A stretch of DNA of 64,000 nucleotides from Flavobacteriales bacterium (GTDB lineage: Bacteria > Bacteroidota > Bacteroidia > Flavobacteriales_D > Sanyastnellaceae), in contig JAPKCA010000001.1 of assembly GCA_028823145.1 (NCBI GenBank), forward strand, positions 240 to 64,239, given 5' to 3'. The translations under genes and the position numbers were made by a program. This document shows, piece by piece, positions 27,609 through 37,881 of the stretch. How positions within the stretch are numbered: position 1 is the first letter of the stretch; every line of letters starts with the position of its first letter. Below the pieces are notes generated by a model. The model was not told the DNA's origin. It saw only the letters and a list, made by a program, of their open reading frames with translations, and did no database searches.

Positions 27609-28991
27609 CTAACAATCAGCAAGGTAGCCTTGCAATTCAGCTTTGAATGCACCACCCAATGAAACAGCCGCTTCAGAGGTCTCAGCTTCAGCATATACCC
27701 GAATGATGGCTTCTGTGTTGGATCGCCGCAGATGAACCCACCCTTCAGGCAAGTCAAATTTTACGCCGTCAAGGGTGTTTACTTCAGCATCGGGATGGGC
27801 CGCGACCAACTGAGCCAGGGCTTCTTCCACTCCCGAATCCGGCAATTCCAATTTATCCTTGGAAATGACCCATTGCGGATAATCGCGGCGAAGTTCCGAC
27901 ATGGTTTTACCGGAGGCCACCAAATGAGTCAAGAACAGTGCTGCACCAACCACCGCATCTCGACCACAATGTGAAGCGGGATAAATGACACCACCGTTGC
28001 CTTCTCCTCCAATGACTGCGTTGGTTGTCCGAATCCCTTCGACCACATTGACTTCCCCTACCGCACTCGCTAGGTATTGGCCTCCATGTTTTTCTGTTAT
28101 TTGACGCAAAGCGCGGGTAGAACTCATGTTACTGACGGTGTTGCCAGGCGTATGCTGCAACACAAAATCTGCGACAGCTACCAAGGTGTATTCCTCGCCG
28201 AACCAACTCCCATCCTCACTTACAAATGCCAAACGATCCACATCCGGATCCACACTGATGCCCAGATGACAGCCATGAGCCACCACCGCTTCTCTCAAAT
28301 CCACCAAATGATTCGGAAGCGGCTCTGGGTCGTGCGCAAAATCTCCCGTTGGATCACAGTGAATCCGGATTACCTCACATCCCATAGCTTCTAAAAGTAT
28401 GGGCATAATGATGCCTCCACTTGAATTCACCGCATCGACGGCTACGCGCAAACCTCTTTTTCGAACGGCTTCAACATCAACCAATGCTAACTCAGTGGCA
28501 TGGGCCACATGTCTCTCCATCCATCCTTCCCGATGGTCGGTCCTCCCAATGGAATCAATTTCCGTGTATTCCAATGCCATAGACGCCCATTTCAAAACCT
28601 TCTCGCCATTCTCCGAAGAAAGGAATTCTCCATGAGCATCCAACAACTTCATGGCATTCCATTGTTTGGGATTATGACTTGCCGTCAAAACAATGCCTCC
28701 ATCAGCCTGCTCTCCTGGAACAGCCAATTCCACGGTCGGTGTCGTGCTCAACCCCAAATCCAAAACATGAACCCCCATCGCGTTTAGTGTTCCCACCAAG
28801 CAATCCCGGACCATCATGCCGCTCATTCGTGCATCACGTCCTACCACCACCGTTGGCTGGGTTTTTCCAGATGCATCTTTGAGCCATTTGGCATATCCAG
28901 AAGCAAATCGGACAACGTCAGGCGGGGTCAATCCTTGGCCTGCAATTCCACCGATGGTTCCTCGGATTCCCGATATTGAGGTGATGAGCAT
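27609..28991 (-). CDS. glmM: Phosphoglucosamine mutase / phosphohexomutase
   Basis: Starts MLITSISGIRGTIGG, with the active-site loop TASHNP and Mg site DPDVDR. Confidence 0.85.
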   Translation of the reverse strand: MLITSISGIRGTIGGIAGQGLTPPDVVRFASGYAKWLKDASGKTQPTVVVGRDARMSGMMVRDCLVGTLNAMGVHVLDLGLSTTPTVELAVPGEQADGGIVLTASHNPKQWNAMKLLDAHGEFLSSENGEKVLKWASMALEYTEIDSIGRTDHREGWMERHVAHATELALVDVEAVRKRGLRVAVDAVNSSGGIIMPILLEAMGCEVIRIHCDPTGDFAHDPEPLPNHLVDLREAVVAHGCHLGISVDPDVDRLAFVSEDGSWFGEEYTLVAVADFVLQHTPGNTVSNMSSTRALRQITEKHGGQYLASAVGEVNVVEGIRTTNAVIGGEGNGGVIYPASHCGRDAVVGAALFLTHLVASGKTMSELRRDYPQWVISKDKLELPDSGVEEALAQLVAAHPDAEVNTLDGVKFDLPEGWVHLRRSNTEAIIRVYAEAETSEAAVSLGGAFKAELQGYLADC

Positions 28992-29098
28992 GCAGCAAAA
29001 GTAAACTCATCCCTTGAATTCTTAAACTACTGAAATCAATATGTGAAAAAACCTTTGATGTAAAAAGGTGCAGCTGTGGACTCTCGGTATTAGCTTTG

Positions 29099-30517
29099 AT
29101 GAAGATGAATGAAGAGGGACGAGCATATCACGATGAACCTGCCTTACTCGATTTGGTCCGCAAATTCGAGGATATGGTCAAATGTGGGGATGAAGCTTTT
29201 TTTGATTTAGACGAATTAGAAGGCCTCATCGAGCACTATATGGAACACCGAGAAACCCGGAGAGCCCGTGCTGCATTAAACTATGCAAGCAAACTCTACC
29301 CGGGCAACTTGAACTTGAAGTTGCGTCAAGCTCAGATTCTTGCCAACAATGGTCAAACTGTTAAAGCGGTACCTATCCTAAAAGAGCTCTTGGCCTTAGA
29401 CCCCCTGAACGAAGAGGTACATCTCACGTTGGGTTCGGTGTACAGCCATATGACAGAGCACAAGTTGGCTATTCAGCATTACAAAAAGGCCATGCTTTTA
29501 GCGGATCAAGAAACGCGCCGGGACATTCGGGTCGACATCGCTCTTGAATTTGAAAACCTCGGTGCTTGGAAAGAAGCCGTTGCAAATTTGAAGGAAGCGC
29601 TTGTCGAAGACCCTTTGAACGAAACGGCCGTTTACGAGCTAGCCTTCTGCTTTGAGCGCACTGGTCAATACAAGCAGGCCGCTGCTTTCTACACACAGTA
29701 TTTGGAGGATGAGCCTTATTCATTCGCTGCATGGTATAGCCTAGGCAATGCATTGCAACATTGCGGGCGTCAAGCCAAAGCCATCGACGCATATGATTTT
29801 GCGATTGCCATTGAAGATTCTTTTGGCCCAGCGTATCATCAAAAAGCGGAAGCACTCGTATCCATGGAGCGATATGCAGATGCGCTCCAGACGTATCAAG
29901 AGACCTTAAATTTTGAATCTGCCTCCCCCGCCACCCATTGCTACATGGGAGAATGCTTGGAGCGTATGGGGGACTTGGACCAAGCGACGACCTATTACAA
30001 AGCAAGTCTGGAGTTGGATCCGGCGTTTCCTGACGCCTTCATTGGGCTCGGAGTCCTGGCCGATTTGAAAGGCAATTTGCAAGAGGCTTGCGCGCAATTT
30101 GAGCGAGCAATCAATCTGGAACCCAAACAGGCCGATTACTACTTACTCCTGGCCACTGCCCAGAAAAAAATGGGTGAAAATGAACGTGCCGAACAACTCT
30201 ATGCGCAAGGTCTTTCCTTGGACATCGCCCATGAAGAATTGTGGATCGAACGCATCGACAACATGCAGGCGATCGAAGCCCATGACCAAGCCTTGAAAAT
30301 CGCCAACTTCGGACTGGAGCATCTTCCTGAGTCATCTGGAATTCGATACCGACAATTTATAAGTCATTATGCTTTGAAGCAATTCGCCAAAGCATTTGAT
30401 TATTTGGAGCACCTCCTCACTCATTATTTTGATGGAGCTGAAGAACTTCTGAATCTCCTTCCAGCGCTTGCCAATGATGCGCGCTTTGTTGATCGCTATA
30501 AGCGATACAAACCTTGA
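29099..30517 (+). CDS. Tetratricopeptide repeat protein
   Basis: Multiple 34-aa TPR units (A..Y..AL.l.P......lG). ATG 29099 is preferred over TTG 29096. Confidence 0.75.
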   Translation: MKMNEEGRAYHDEPALLDLVRKFEDMVKCGDEAFFDLDELEGLIEHYMEHRETRRARAALNYASKLYPGNLNLKLRQAQILANNGQTVKAVPILKELLALDPLNEEVHLTLGSVYSHMTEHKLAIQHYKKAMLLADQETRRDIRVDIALEFENLGAWKEAVANLKEALVEDPLNETAVYELAFCFERTGQYKQAAAFYTQYLEDEPYSFAAWYSLGNALQHCGRQAKAIDAYDFAIAIEDSFGPAYHQKAEALVSMERYADALQTYQETLNFESASPATHCYMGECLERMGDLDQATTYYKASLELDPAFPDAFIGLGVLADLKGNLQEACAQFERAINLEPKQADYYLLLATAQKKMGENERAEQLYAQGLSLDIAHEELWIERIDNMQAIEAHDQALKIANFGLEHLPESSGIRYRQFISHYALKQFAKAFDYLEHLLTHYFDGAEELLNLLPALANDARFVDRYKRYKP

Positions 30518-30529
30518 TTTAACTTTAAA

Positions 30530-31327
30530 ATGAAACATTTACCAGCGCGTCCAGCTAAGCCAAGAAACAATGGTTTAACCATGGTTATGGACAAAGGCCT
30601 CAGTGTGCGGCAAGCAGAGGATTTGATCTCCATCGGTTCTGAATTGGTCGATTTGTTAAAACTCGGCTTTGGAACATCCCATATTACACCCGGTGTAAAG
30701 GAGAAAGTCAAGCTGTATCATGATTCAGGCATGGAGGTGTATTGCGGTGGCACGTTGTTTGAAGCCTACTTTATTCGCGATGACATGGATGGCTACTTGC
30801 GATTCATTGACCAATTGGGCATCGGATGTTTGGAAGTCAGCGATGGTTCTATGGTGATTAACCACGATGAAAAATGTGAGCTCATCGCAAAGTTGAGCAA
30901 AAACTACAAGGTGTTGTCTGAGGTGGGCTCCAAAGAGGAAGGTATTCTCATCAGCCCTGCCAAGTGGATCCGAATGATGAGCAACGAATTGGAAGCAGGA
31001 AGCTTTAAAGTCATTGCCGAAGCGAGGGAAAGCGGAACGGTAGGCATCTACCGCCCCAATGGCTCTGCTCACGTACAACTCATCAAGCGCATTTTGGCGA
31101 ATGTTTCTTTGGAGGACATCCTCTGGGAGGCACCGAAAAAACCACAACAGGCTTGGTTCATCAAGCAATTTGGTTGCAACGTAAACTTGGGCAATATTGG
31201 CCCCAATGATCTTATTCCGTTGGAATGTTTGCGTTTAGGTCTACGAGGAGATACATTTTTCGAACATCTGCCCGCTGAACTTGCCGAAGGCCGGCGCCTC
31301 ATTTCTGATGAAGTAGAAGAAGACTAA
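30530..31327 (+). CDS. comA: (2R)-phospho-3-sulfolactate synthase
   Basis: The N-terminus LPARPAKPRNNGLTMVMDKGLS...ELVDLLKLGFGTS and the ~260 aa length are typical of ComA. Confidence 0.75.
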   Translation: MKHLPARPAKPRNNGLTMVMDKGLSVRQAEDLISIGSELVDLLKLGFGTSHITPGVKEKVKLYHDSGMEVYCGGTLFEAYFIRDDMDGYLRFIDQLGIGCLEVSDGSMVINHDEKCELIAKLSKNYKVLSEVGSKEEGILISPAKWIRMMSNELEAGSFKVIAEARESGTVGIYRPNGSAHVQLIKRILANVSLEDILWEAPKKPQQAWFIKQFGCNVNLGNIGPNDLIPLECLRLGLRGDTFFEHLPAELAEGRRLISDEVEED

Positions 31328-31330
31328 AGC

Positions 31331-31660
31331 ATGTCGTTGATTCCTGAAATCACCGTAGAAGAATTGCGCCAATGGCAGGTGGACAAGCATCCTCATGTCA
31401 TTTTGGATATCCGGGAAATCAACGAAGTCCAAGTGAGTCATTTTGACGAAATGACGCACATTCCCATGGCTTTCTGCCTGACTCGTCAAGTAGAAATTCC
31501 GAGGAATTTACCCGTCGTAGTTCATTGCCGTTCTGGTGCGCGTTCCGCGGCGACGGTAAGCGCTCTGATGTCTAAACACGGATTCGATAATCTCTTCAAT
31601 TTAGTTGGTGGATTCACCGCTTGGGCTAAACACATTGCTCCAGGATTGGAAGTGGGATGA
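31331..31660 (+). CDS. Rhodanese-like sulfurtransferase (single domain)
   Basis: Active-site loop HCRSGARS (CxxxxxR). 109 aa. Starts 4 nt after the comA stop. Confidence 0.8.
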   Translation: MSLIPEITVEELRQWQVDKHPHVILDIREINEVQVSHFDEMTHIPMAFCLTRQVEIPRNLPVVVHCRSGARSAATVSALMSKHGFDNLFNLVGGFTAWAKHIAPGLEVG

Positions 31661-32592
31661 ACAACGAACGCCCCCTCAAAGCATACGGTTGGATTTGGCT
31701 GAAAGGAATGGCCATGGGTGCAGCCGATCTGATTCCGGGTGTATCGGGAGGGACGATTGCCTTGATTAGTGGCATTTATGACGAATTACTTTCCAGTATC
31801 GCCAACCTTCACCCAAGACTCATTCTGCAAGGGTTTCGGACTGGATGGAAAGGGGTTTGGAAAGAAGCCAACGGGGCATTTCTTTTGGCTCTTGCCGGTG
31901 GTATTTTGAGCAGTGTGGTCTTGTTCTCCAACATCCTTCACCACCTTCTCAGCAACCACAAAGAAGCGCTTTATGCTTTCTTTTTTGGATTGGTTGCCGC
32001 TTCCGTTCCCCTGGTCGGAAAAACAGTTGCCTCCTGGAATGGAAAGCATATCCTATGGGGGCTGGCAGGCACCTTGATCGCAGCCACTATCACATCCCTT
32101 CCACCATCTGACGTTGGAAGCGAGTTGTGGGTGTTGGCGCTTTGCGCATCCGTTGCGGCTTGTGCGATGATTTTGCCAGGAATTTCCGGTAGCTTCATCT
32201 TGCTCCTATTGGGGGCGTACGGAACCGCAATTGGTGCGCTGAAGGACTTGGACATCATGCGAATTGCCGCTATTTGTTGTGGTGCGCTCATTGGATTGCT
32301 TGGATTCAGTCGCATCCTGAAAAAGCTTCTCTCCCGTGCAAGAAACCAAACCTTGTCGTTACTCACCGGTTTTCTTCTCGGTTCCCTTCAAGCCCTTTGG
32401 CCTTGGAAGCAAAACCTTTCATTGCTCTACACCCACTCCGATGGCCGGGAGATTTGGTCACAAACCAATGCCTGGCCAGGAATGGAGGCCATAGATATGC
32501 TTCTAATATGCGGAGTAAGTGCATTGGTGGGGATAGCGGTGATTCTCGGGCTCAATCGATTGGGAAACACATCTTCTGCGCCATCGAAATGA
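31657..32592 (+). CDS. DUF368 family integral membrane protein
   Basis: GMAMGAADLIPGVSGGTIALI and ILPGISGSFILLLLG duplicated motifs. ATGA overlap with the rhodanese stop. Confidence 0.75.
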   Translation: MNNERPLKAYGWIWLKGMAMGAADLIPGVSGGTIALISGIYDELLSSIANLHPRLILQGFRTGWKGVWKEANGAFLLALAGGILSSVVLFSNILHHLLSNHKEALYAFFFGLVAASVPLVGKTVASWNGKHILWGLAGTLIAATITSLPPSDVGSELWVLALCASVAACAMILPGISGSFILLLLGAYGTAIGALKDLDIMRIAAICCGALIGLLGFSRILKKLLSRARNQTLSLLTGFLLGSLQALWPWKQNLSLLYTHSDGREIWSQTNAWPGMEAIDMLLICGVSALVGIAVILGLNRLGNTSSAPSK

Positions 32593-33350
32593 GACGTTTT
32601 GGACTGGTCGGGAAATCCCTTCAACATTCTCAATCTCAATCCCATTTTACGGATAAATTTCGACGAGAAGGAATTGCAGATGCCTCCTATGCATTGTTTG
32701 AACTTCTTGATATCGATCAATGGAACGAATGGATTTCAGCAGAAGAAAAAAACCCTTCCGGTCCTTTGTGCGGATTGAATATCACCATTCCATACAAGCA
32801 AAGCATCATCCAACATTTGAGCGGATTGACCGAAGAAGCTTTGAGTATCGGTGCCGTCAATGCCATCCGTCCCGATGGACAACAGGGTTGGGTGGGGCAC
32901 AACACCGATGCACTCGGATTTGCGCAAAGCATCCGACCCTTCCTCACCTCCAAGCATGAACGGGCCTTGATTCTAGGCAACGGAGGTGCGGCAGCGGCAG
33001 TGCGTTTTGCATTGCAAAACTTAGGCCTCGATGTCGCACATGTCACCCGAACGCCTCACGAAGGATGGAACACCGTCCGGTACGAAGAGCTCTCCATGGA
33101 AGCTGTGAGATTCTATGGCTTAATCGTTCAAGCCACGCCCGTTGGAACTTATCCAAATCTGACCGATGTTCTCCCCTTTCCTTGGGAAGGTCTCACCCCT
33201 GATCATTTGGTCATTGACCTCATATACAACCCGGCTGAAACAGCATTTTTAGGAATGGCTCGTGCTCATGGAGCAACTGTACTGAATGGAAAAGACATGC
33301 TCCAAGCTCAAGCTGAAGCAGCATGGAAATGGTGGAACACCAAGACATGA
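32589..33350 (+). CDS. aroE: Shikimate dehydrogenase
   Basis: MRRFGLVGKSLQHSQS..HF, NITIPYK, GHNTD, GNGGAAAAV. ATGA overlap with the DUF368 stop. The listed 32274 start is an out-of-context extension through DUF368. Confidence 0.85.
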   Translation: MRRFGLVGKSLQHSQSQSHFTDKFRREGIADASYALFELLDIDQWNEWISAEEKNPSGPLCGLNITIPYKQSIIQHLSGLTEEALSIGAVNAIRPDGQQGWVGHNTDALGFAQSIRPFLTSKHERALILGNGGAAAAVRFALQNLGLDVAHVTRTPHEGWNTVRYEELSMEAVRFYGLIVQATPVGTYPNLTDVLPFPWEGLTPDHLVIDLIYNPAETAFLGMARAHGATVLNGKDMLQAQAEAAWKWWNTKT

Positions 33351-33383
33351 TTAGACTGCGACCCATGTTGTAACTTTTGAGCC

Positions 33384-34211
33384 GTGAATTTCGATCTCCC
33401 TCCTACGGAACAAACAGGTCCCATCCGTGATCTCGAAACGTTATCCATTGCCGAACTCACCGCAGGAATGCAATCGAGTTTGACTGCAGTGGAGCAAGCG
33501 GTCACAACCGCACTTCCCGCTGCCAATGCATTGATCGAAGCCTTGGTTCAGCGAATGAAACAAGGAGGACGCTTATTCTACATCGGAGCGGGGACGAGCG
33601 GAAGATTGGGAGTGATCGATGCGAGCGAATGCCCACCCACCTTTGGTATTGATCCAGGCGTTGTCATCGGCCTGATTGCAGGAGGCGATGGTGCCCTTCG
33701 GATAGCCGTCGAAGGAGCTGAAGACAACTCGGAAGGCGCATGGTCCGATTTGCAAGCATTTCAACCGAATACCATGGATACCGTGATAGGCATCGCTGCT
33801 TCAGGAAGAACCCCATATGTCATTGGAGGGCTCCAGCAAGCAAGAGACGCTGGGTTGCTGACGGGATGCATTACATGCAATCCGGACACAGAAGTAGAAC
33901 GAGCCGCGGAATATGCCTTAGTGGCCGTCACGGGTCCCGAATTCATCACAGGAAGCACACGCCTCAATGCAGGAACTGCAACCAAACTCTTGCTCAACAT
34001 GATCACCACCGCAACCATGATTCAATTGGGACATGTCCGGGGATCACAAATGGTCGACATGCGGCCATCCAATAAAAAGCTGATGGAACGAGGCGTGCGG
34101 ATGATCATAGAAGCCACTGGATTGGATGCCGATCGAGCTTCATCGCTGTTGAGTTCTACAGGAAGTGTTCGTGCAGCAATCGATCAAGCCAAAGGAGATG
34201 CACGCGCTTGA
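33384..34211 (+). CDS. murQ: N-acetylmuramic acid 6-phosphate etherase
   Basis: SIS domain YIGAGTSGRLGVIDASECPPTF. Length 275 aa. Apparent GTG start. Confidence 0.85.
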   Translation: MNFDLPPTEQTGPIRDLETLSIAELTAGMQSSLTAVEQAVTTALPAANALIEALVQRMKQGGRLFYIGAGTSGRLGVIDASECPPTFGIDPGVVIGLIAGGDGALRIAVEGAEDNSEGAWSDLQAFQPNTMDTVIGIAASGRTPYVIGGLQQARDAGLLTGCITCNPDTEVERAAEYALVAVTGPEFITGSTRLNAGTATKLLLNMITTATMIQLGHVRGSQMVDMRPSNKKLMERGVRMIIEATGLDADRASSLLSSTGSVRAAIDQAKGDARA

Positions 34212-34779
34212 GCCATATTACGCTTGGCGCAATCACTATATCGCCAGTGAGGACCCCAAAAGTCCTTTTTTCGATCGTGAATACAGCGAGTTCGAGTACT
34301 CGACGAAAGTCTACAATTACTATATCCATCCCCAGTGGGATACCATTCACTCGTCGACCTTGTTTTGCAAAATACTCTTTGTGGATTATGAAGAACGCTT
34401 TGCCATTCTAGAGTTTATAGGCGAATGGAACGACTGCCTCTACAATGACATTATGCAACTCAAACGCGAAGTCATCGATGTGTTGCAAAGTGAAGGCATC
34501 CATCGGTTTATTTTAATCGGGGAAAATGTCCTGAATTTCCATTTCAGCGATGATTGCTACTATGATGAATGGTTTGATGAAGTCACGGGTGATGACGGTT
34601 GGATTGCCTTGCTCAATTTCCGTGAACATGTCATCGCAGATATGCAATCCATTGATTTGGATAGCTATTTTGTTTTAGGAGGGGAATTGAGTGAAATCGG
34701 CTGGAGAACCTATTCACCAAGCCACTTATACCAACGGATAGACGATTGTGTGAGCCAGCGACTGGGCCTCATTGGCTAA
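34198..34779 (+). CDS. Hypothetical protein
   Basis: Clean ORF starting MHALEPYYAWRNHY, overlapping the murQ stop by 14 nt. The family is not recognised. Confidence 0.5.
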   Translation: MHALEPYYAWRNHYIASEDPKSPFFDREYSEFEYSTKVYNYYIHPQWDTIHSSTLFCKILFVDYEERFAILEFIGEWNDCLYNDIMQLKREVIDVLQSEGIHRFILIGENVLNFHFSDDCYYDEWFDEVTGDDGWIALLNFREHVIADMQSIDLDSYFVLGGELSEIGWRTYSPSHLYQRIDDCVSQRLGLIG

Positions 34780-34909
34780 CGATGCTGCATCTCAGCGTAC
34801 GATCGGTGGGCAATCGGAAATCCAATGGTTCCTAGGATTTCAATTTTAGATTCACGGCAAGCTCCTCATCGCATTCACGGCAACCAATTTCGATGGCAAA
34901 ATCCGCTCA

Positions 34910-35761
34910 TCAAAACCGCTCGATCGCTCCCAATCCAAACAGGGCGAAATCCAAACGAACAGGATCTTCGGAGTCAATCTGGCGAAGGGAAGCCGTCAAT
35001 GCTTCGACCGTTTTCCAGTCGTTCGCCTTTCTTTCCAAGAGACCTAATTTTCTTCCAACCCGGCCTGTATGCACATCCAATGGAATCATCAATTCCGAGG
35101 GCTTCACTTTTGACCAAATACCAAAATCCACTCCGCGTCTTGACGATCTGGCCATCCAACGAATAAACATGTTGATGCGCTTCGCCGCAGACCCACGTGC
35201 TGGCCTCGCCACATGCTTCTGGGTGCGCCCCGGAGCGTATCCCTCATGGTTTGAAGCTTCAAAAAACGCTTTTTGGAAGGCCTGAATCCCCGCAGACATG
35301 GGGCTTTGGCCTTCGGAGATTGGGCCCTGAATTCCTGCAATGAAATAGTTCTCTAAACTCCCCCCCTGTTGAATCAACCGCTGGAGAGCGATGAAAAACA
35401 ACATCGCATCCCTTTCGTTGAAGGTGCGGTGAACAAATCCGCGGGACGCCGCTTGAAGTTCTTGTCGGGAAGCATGGGTGATAAACCGAGCCGGATCGTG
35501 GTCCAATCGCCTCATGAGCTCATCCGCACTTTTGAGGATGGATTTTCGATTTCCCCATGCCAACGTAGCGGTCAAAAAACCAGCAATTTCAATGTCTATC
35601 GGGGCCGAAAAGCGGTGCGGAATGGCAATGGGGTCGTCTTGAATAAACGACGCATCTTCATACGTATCAGCCTTTTCCAACAAAAAAGAACGGATGGATT
35701 CCGGAACTCGTTTCGGGGGAAGCCCCATTGCTTTTTCATTCTCCTGTTTTTCTCTCGCCAT
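34910..35761 (-). CDS. TIGR02757 / DUF2400 family protein
   Basis: DPIAIPHRF...IEIAGFLTATLAWGNRKSI and the C-terminal EDPVRLDFALFGLG are typical of the family. The start is uncertain: 35761 or 35728. 35836 would overlap the divergent gene. Confidence 0.65.
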   Translation of the reverse strand: MAREKQENEKAMGLPPKRVPESIRSFLLEKADTYEDASFIQDDPIAIPHRFSAPIDIEIAGFLTATLAWGNRKSILKSADELMRRLDHDPARFITHASRQELQAASRGFVHRTFNERDAMLFFIALQRLIQQGGSLENYFIAGIQGPISEGQSPMSAGIQAFQKAFFEASNHEGYAPGRTQKHVARPARGSAAKRINMFIRWMARSSRRGVDFGIWSKVKPSELMIPLDVHTGRVGRKLGLLERKANDWKTVEALTASLRQIDSEDPVRLDFALFGLGAIERF

Positions 35762-35793
35762 GGACCGCAAAATTGGTGCTAAATTTGCGCCGA

Positions 35794-37881
35794 ATGGAAT
35801 TCGTGCATCCAGAAATACTTTGGGCTCTAAGTGCACTTGCTATTCCCATAGCTATTCACCTCCTTCATTTTCGTCGCTATCAGAAAATCGCCTTTTCCCA
35901 GGTAGCCTTTCTCGATGAAATCAAGCGCGAATCCAAGGCCATGCAGAAGATTCGCCAGTGGTGGATTCTGGCCCTAAGGCTCCTTGCATTGTCCGCTTTA
36001 ATTCTTGCTTTTTCTCAGCCCTACTGGCCCCCTACGTCAACCGAAGAAGCGGATGCATCCGCTTCTTTATCAGGTCACGCGGTGTCCCTGTATGTTGACA
36101 ACAGCTATTCAATGGAGGCCCATGGAGAGGAAGGGCAATTACTTCAATCGGCACAAAACAAGGCCGCCGTTGTCATCGAACAATTCGATGCCACCGATCG
36201 GTTTCAAATCGTGACAAATGATTTTTCCGGAAGAGATCAGTTGTTTCTGACTCAACAGCAAGCTTTGGAACGTATCGTAGACATCGAAGCGAGTCCGATT
36301 TCACGCCCGATTAAAGATGTCCTCATTCGCATGGGTTCTCAATTGGAAAAAGAAACATCCAAAAAACGAGTTGGCTTTTTGTTCTCGGATTTGCAGAAAA
36401 CAACCCATACGTTTTCGGCGGACCCCATGGAACCCGACACGGGTGTTACCTGGCATTTCGTTCCAGAATTATCGAGCAACACGCCCAACATCTGGTTGGA
36501 TTCAATCTGGTTTGATGAGCCCTTGCGGATAGAAAGCCGTCCCACCACCTTGCGCGTACGCATTCGACACAATGCCCGCAAAGCCATTGGTGGTCTACCG
36601 ATGCACCTCACCATCAACGATGAACGCATTGCTATTGGGACCTTCAATGTAGTTCCTGGTATGGCCACGGATACAGCCATTCGCTTCACACATGGAATAG
36701 CAGGCTTGAAGAAAGGGCAATTGACCATCCAGGACGCGCCCATCCGTTTTGACGACGATTGGCATTTTGGATACGAAGTCATCGATCGCATTCGAATTCT
36801 GCACATCACCGCTCATCCACAAAGTGGTCCAGCGCAGGCGGTAAATAGGGTATACCAATCGACCCAAGGACAATACGAGCTCACAACATCCGCCCAATGG
36901 TCTCCAGAGAGTTTAGCTGAGGCTCATGTGGTCATCGTGACCGAAATCCCCTTGACATCAAGCGGTTTTGCCGATCAATTGGCACAATTTGTCAAACAAG
37001 GAGGAACGATCATGCTCATGCCTACTTCGGGGGAATACCACCCAGAAGTCGCACAATCGCTGGGGTTGGAAGATGAAGGTACATGGTCAATTGAAGCTGA
37101 TCAGGTGGGGAGTATTGCATCAGAGCACCCATTCTTCAAAGGCGTCTTCAAATCTCAACCAGAACGTTTGAACTTGCCCAGCCTTTCAGAAGCGATCCAT
37201 CGTAGCCCCGGACCGCGTGAAGAAGTGTTGGTACGAACCCAATTGGGATACCCCTTCTTTTCTAAGATTCCCCTTGGGCGTGGCTCTGTTTTTGTTTTAG
37301 GCACCAGTCCGTCGGTCGCATCAACCAATCTAACAAGGCATGCTCTATGGGTCCCATTGCTTTTGCGTATGGCAGAGCAATCTTCGGCCACCCCTATTCA
37401 TGCAGAGAAATTAGGAAGCTCTGTGGCATGGAATGTTGCATCTGAACCGGAGGATACAGAATCGGTCACTTTGGATGGACCGATGGCTCCGAAAACCGAC
37501 CAATCCCTTAAAAGCTGGATTCCAGAAGTCAGATCAACGCAAGGAAGAACCTCGATTTACATCCATGATTTGCAATTGGAAGCGGGTCATTATGCGTTGA
37601 CTTTTTCAGGTGTTTCTGTTGCAATGTGGGGATTGAACCAAGACCGAAACGAATCCGATCACACAGCGTTCAACTCCGTTGAATTCAAATCCCAGTGGGA
37701 ACCATGGGGTTGGGAACATGTAGATGTCCTTCAAACGTCTACGACCGAACTCACCCAAATGATTCAACGTTTAGAGAAAGGACAACCGCTTTGGATTCAA
37801 TTTGTCTTGCTCGCGCTTTTAGCCCTATTGGCAGAAACTTATTTCTTACACCCATGGAAACGCTCCTCCTCAAATCCGTAA
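35794..37881 (+). CDS. BatA-like N-terminal double-TM protein with a vWA-like domain
   Basis: MEFVHPEILWALSALAIPIAIHLLHFRR is the aerotolerance-type N-terminal double-TM signature. It also has a MIDAS-like DNSYSM and a C-terminal TM. Confidence 0.7.
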   Translation: MEFVHPEILWALSALAIPIAIHLLHFRRYQKIAFSQVAFLDEIKRESKAMQKIRQWWILALRLLALSALILAFSQPYWPPTSTEEADASASLSGHAVSLYVDNSYSMEAHGEEGQLLQSAQNKAAVVIEQFDATDRFQIVTNDFSGRDQLFLTQQQALERIVDIEASPISRPIKDVLIRMGSQLEKETSKKRVGFLFSDLQKTTHTFSADPMEPDTGVTWHFVPELSSNTPNIWLDSIWFDEPLRIESRPTTLRVRIRHNARKAIGGLPMHLTINDERIAIGTFNVVPGMATDTAIRFTHGIAGLKKGQLTIQDAPIRFDDDWHFGYEVIDRIRILHITAHPQSGPAQAVNRVYQSTQGQYELTTSAQWSPESLAEAHVVIVTEIPLTSSGFADQLAQFVKQGGTIMLMPTSGEYHPEVAQSLGLEDEGTWSIEADQVGSIASEHPFFKGVFKSQPERLNLPSLSEAIHRSPGPREEVLVRTQLGYPFFSKIPLGRGSVFVLGTSPSVASTNLTRHALWVPLLLRMAEQSSATPIHAEKLGSSVAWNVASEPEDTESVTLDGPMAPKTDQSLKSWIPEVRSTQGRTSIYIHDLQLEAGHYALTFSGVSVAMWGLNQDRNESDHTAFNSVEFKSQWEPWGWEHVDVLQTSTTELTQMIQRLEKGQPLWIQFVLLALLALLAETYFLHPWKRSSSNP

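Noticed and set aside
32274-32588. N-terminal extension of aroE (listed start 32274)
   Set aside because: It overlaps the DUF368 gene in another frame. The canonical AroE N-terminus (MRRFGLVGKSLQHS) begins at 32589, with an ATGA coupling overlap.
37695-37853. Long N-terminal extensions of three listed ORFs: 37695, 55953 and 59744
   Set aside because: Each extension overlaps the end of the upstream gene. Each has an internal ATG that yields a proper N-terminus: METLLLK at 37854, and the signal peptides MKITTLL at 56091 and MKKFQLFF at 59891.
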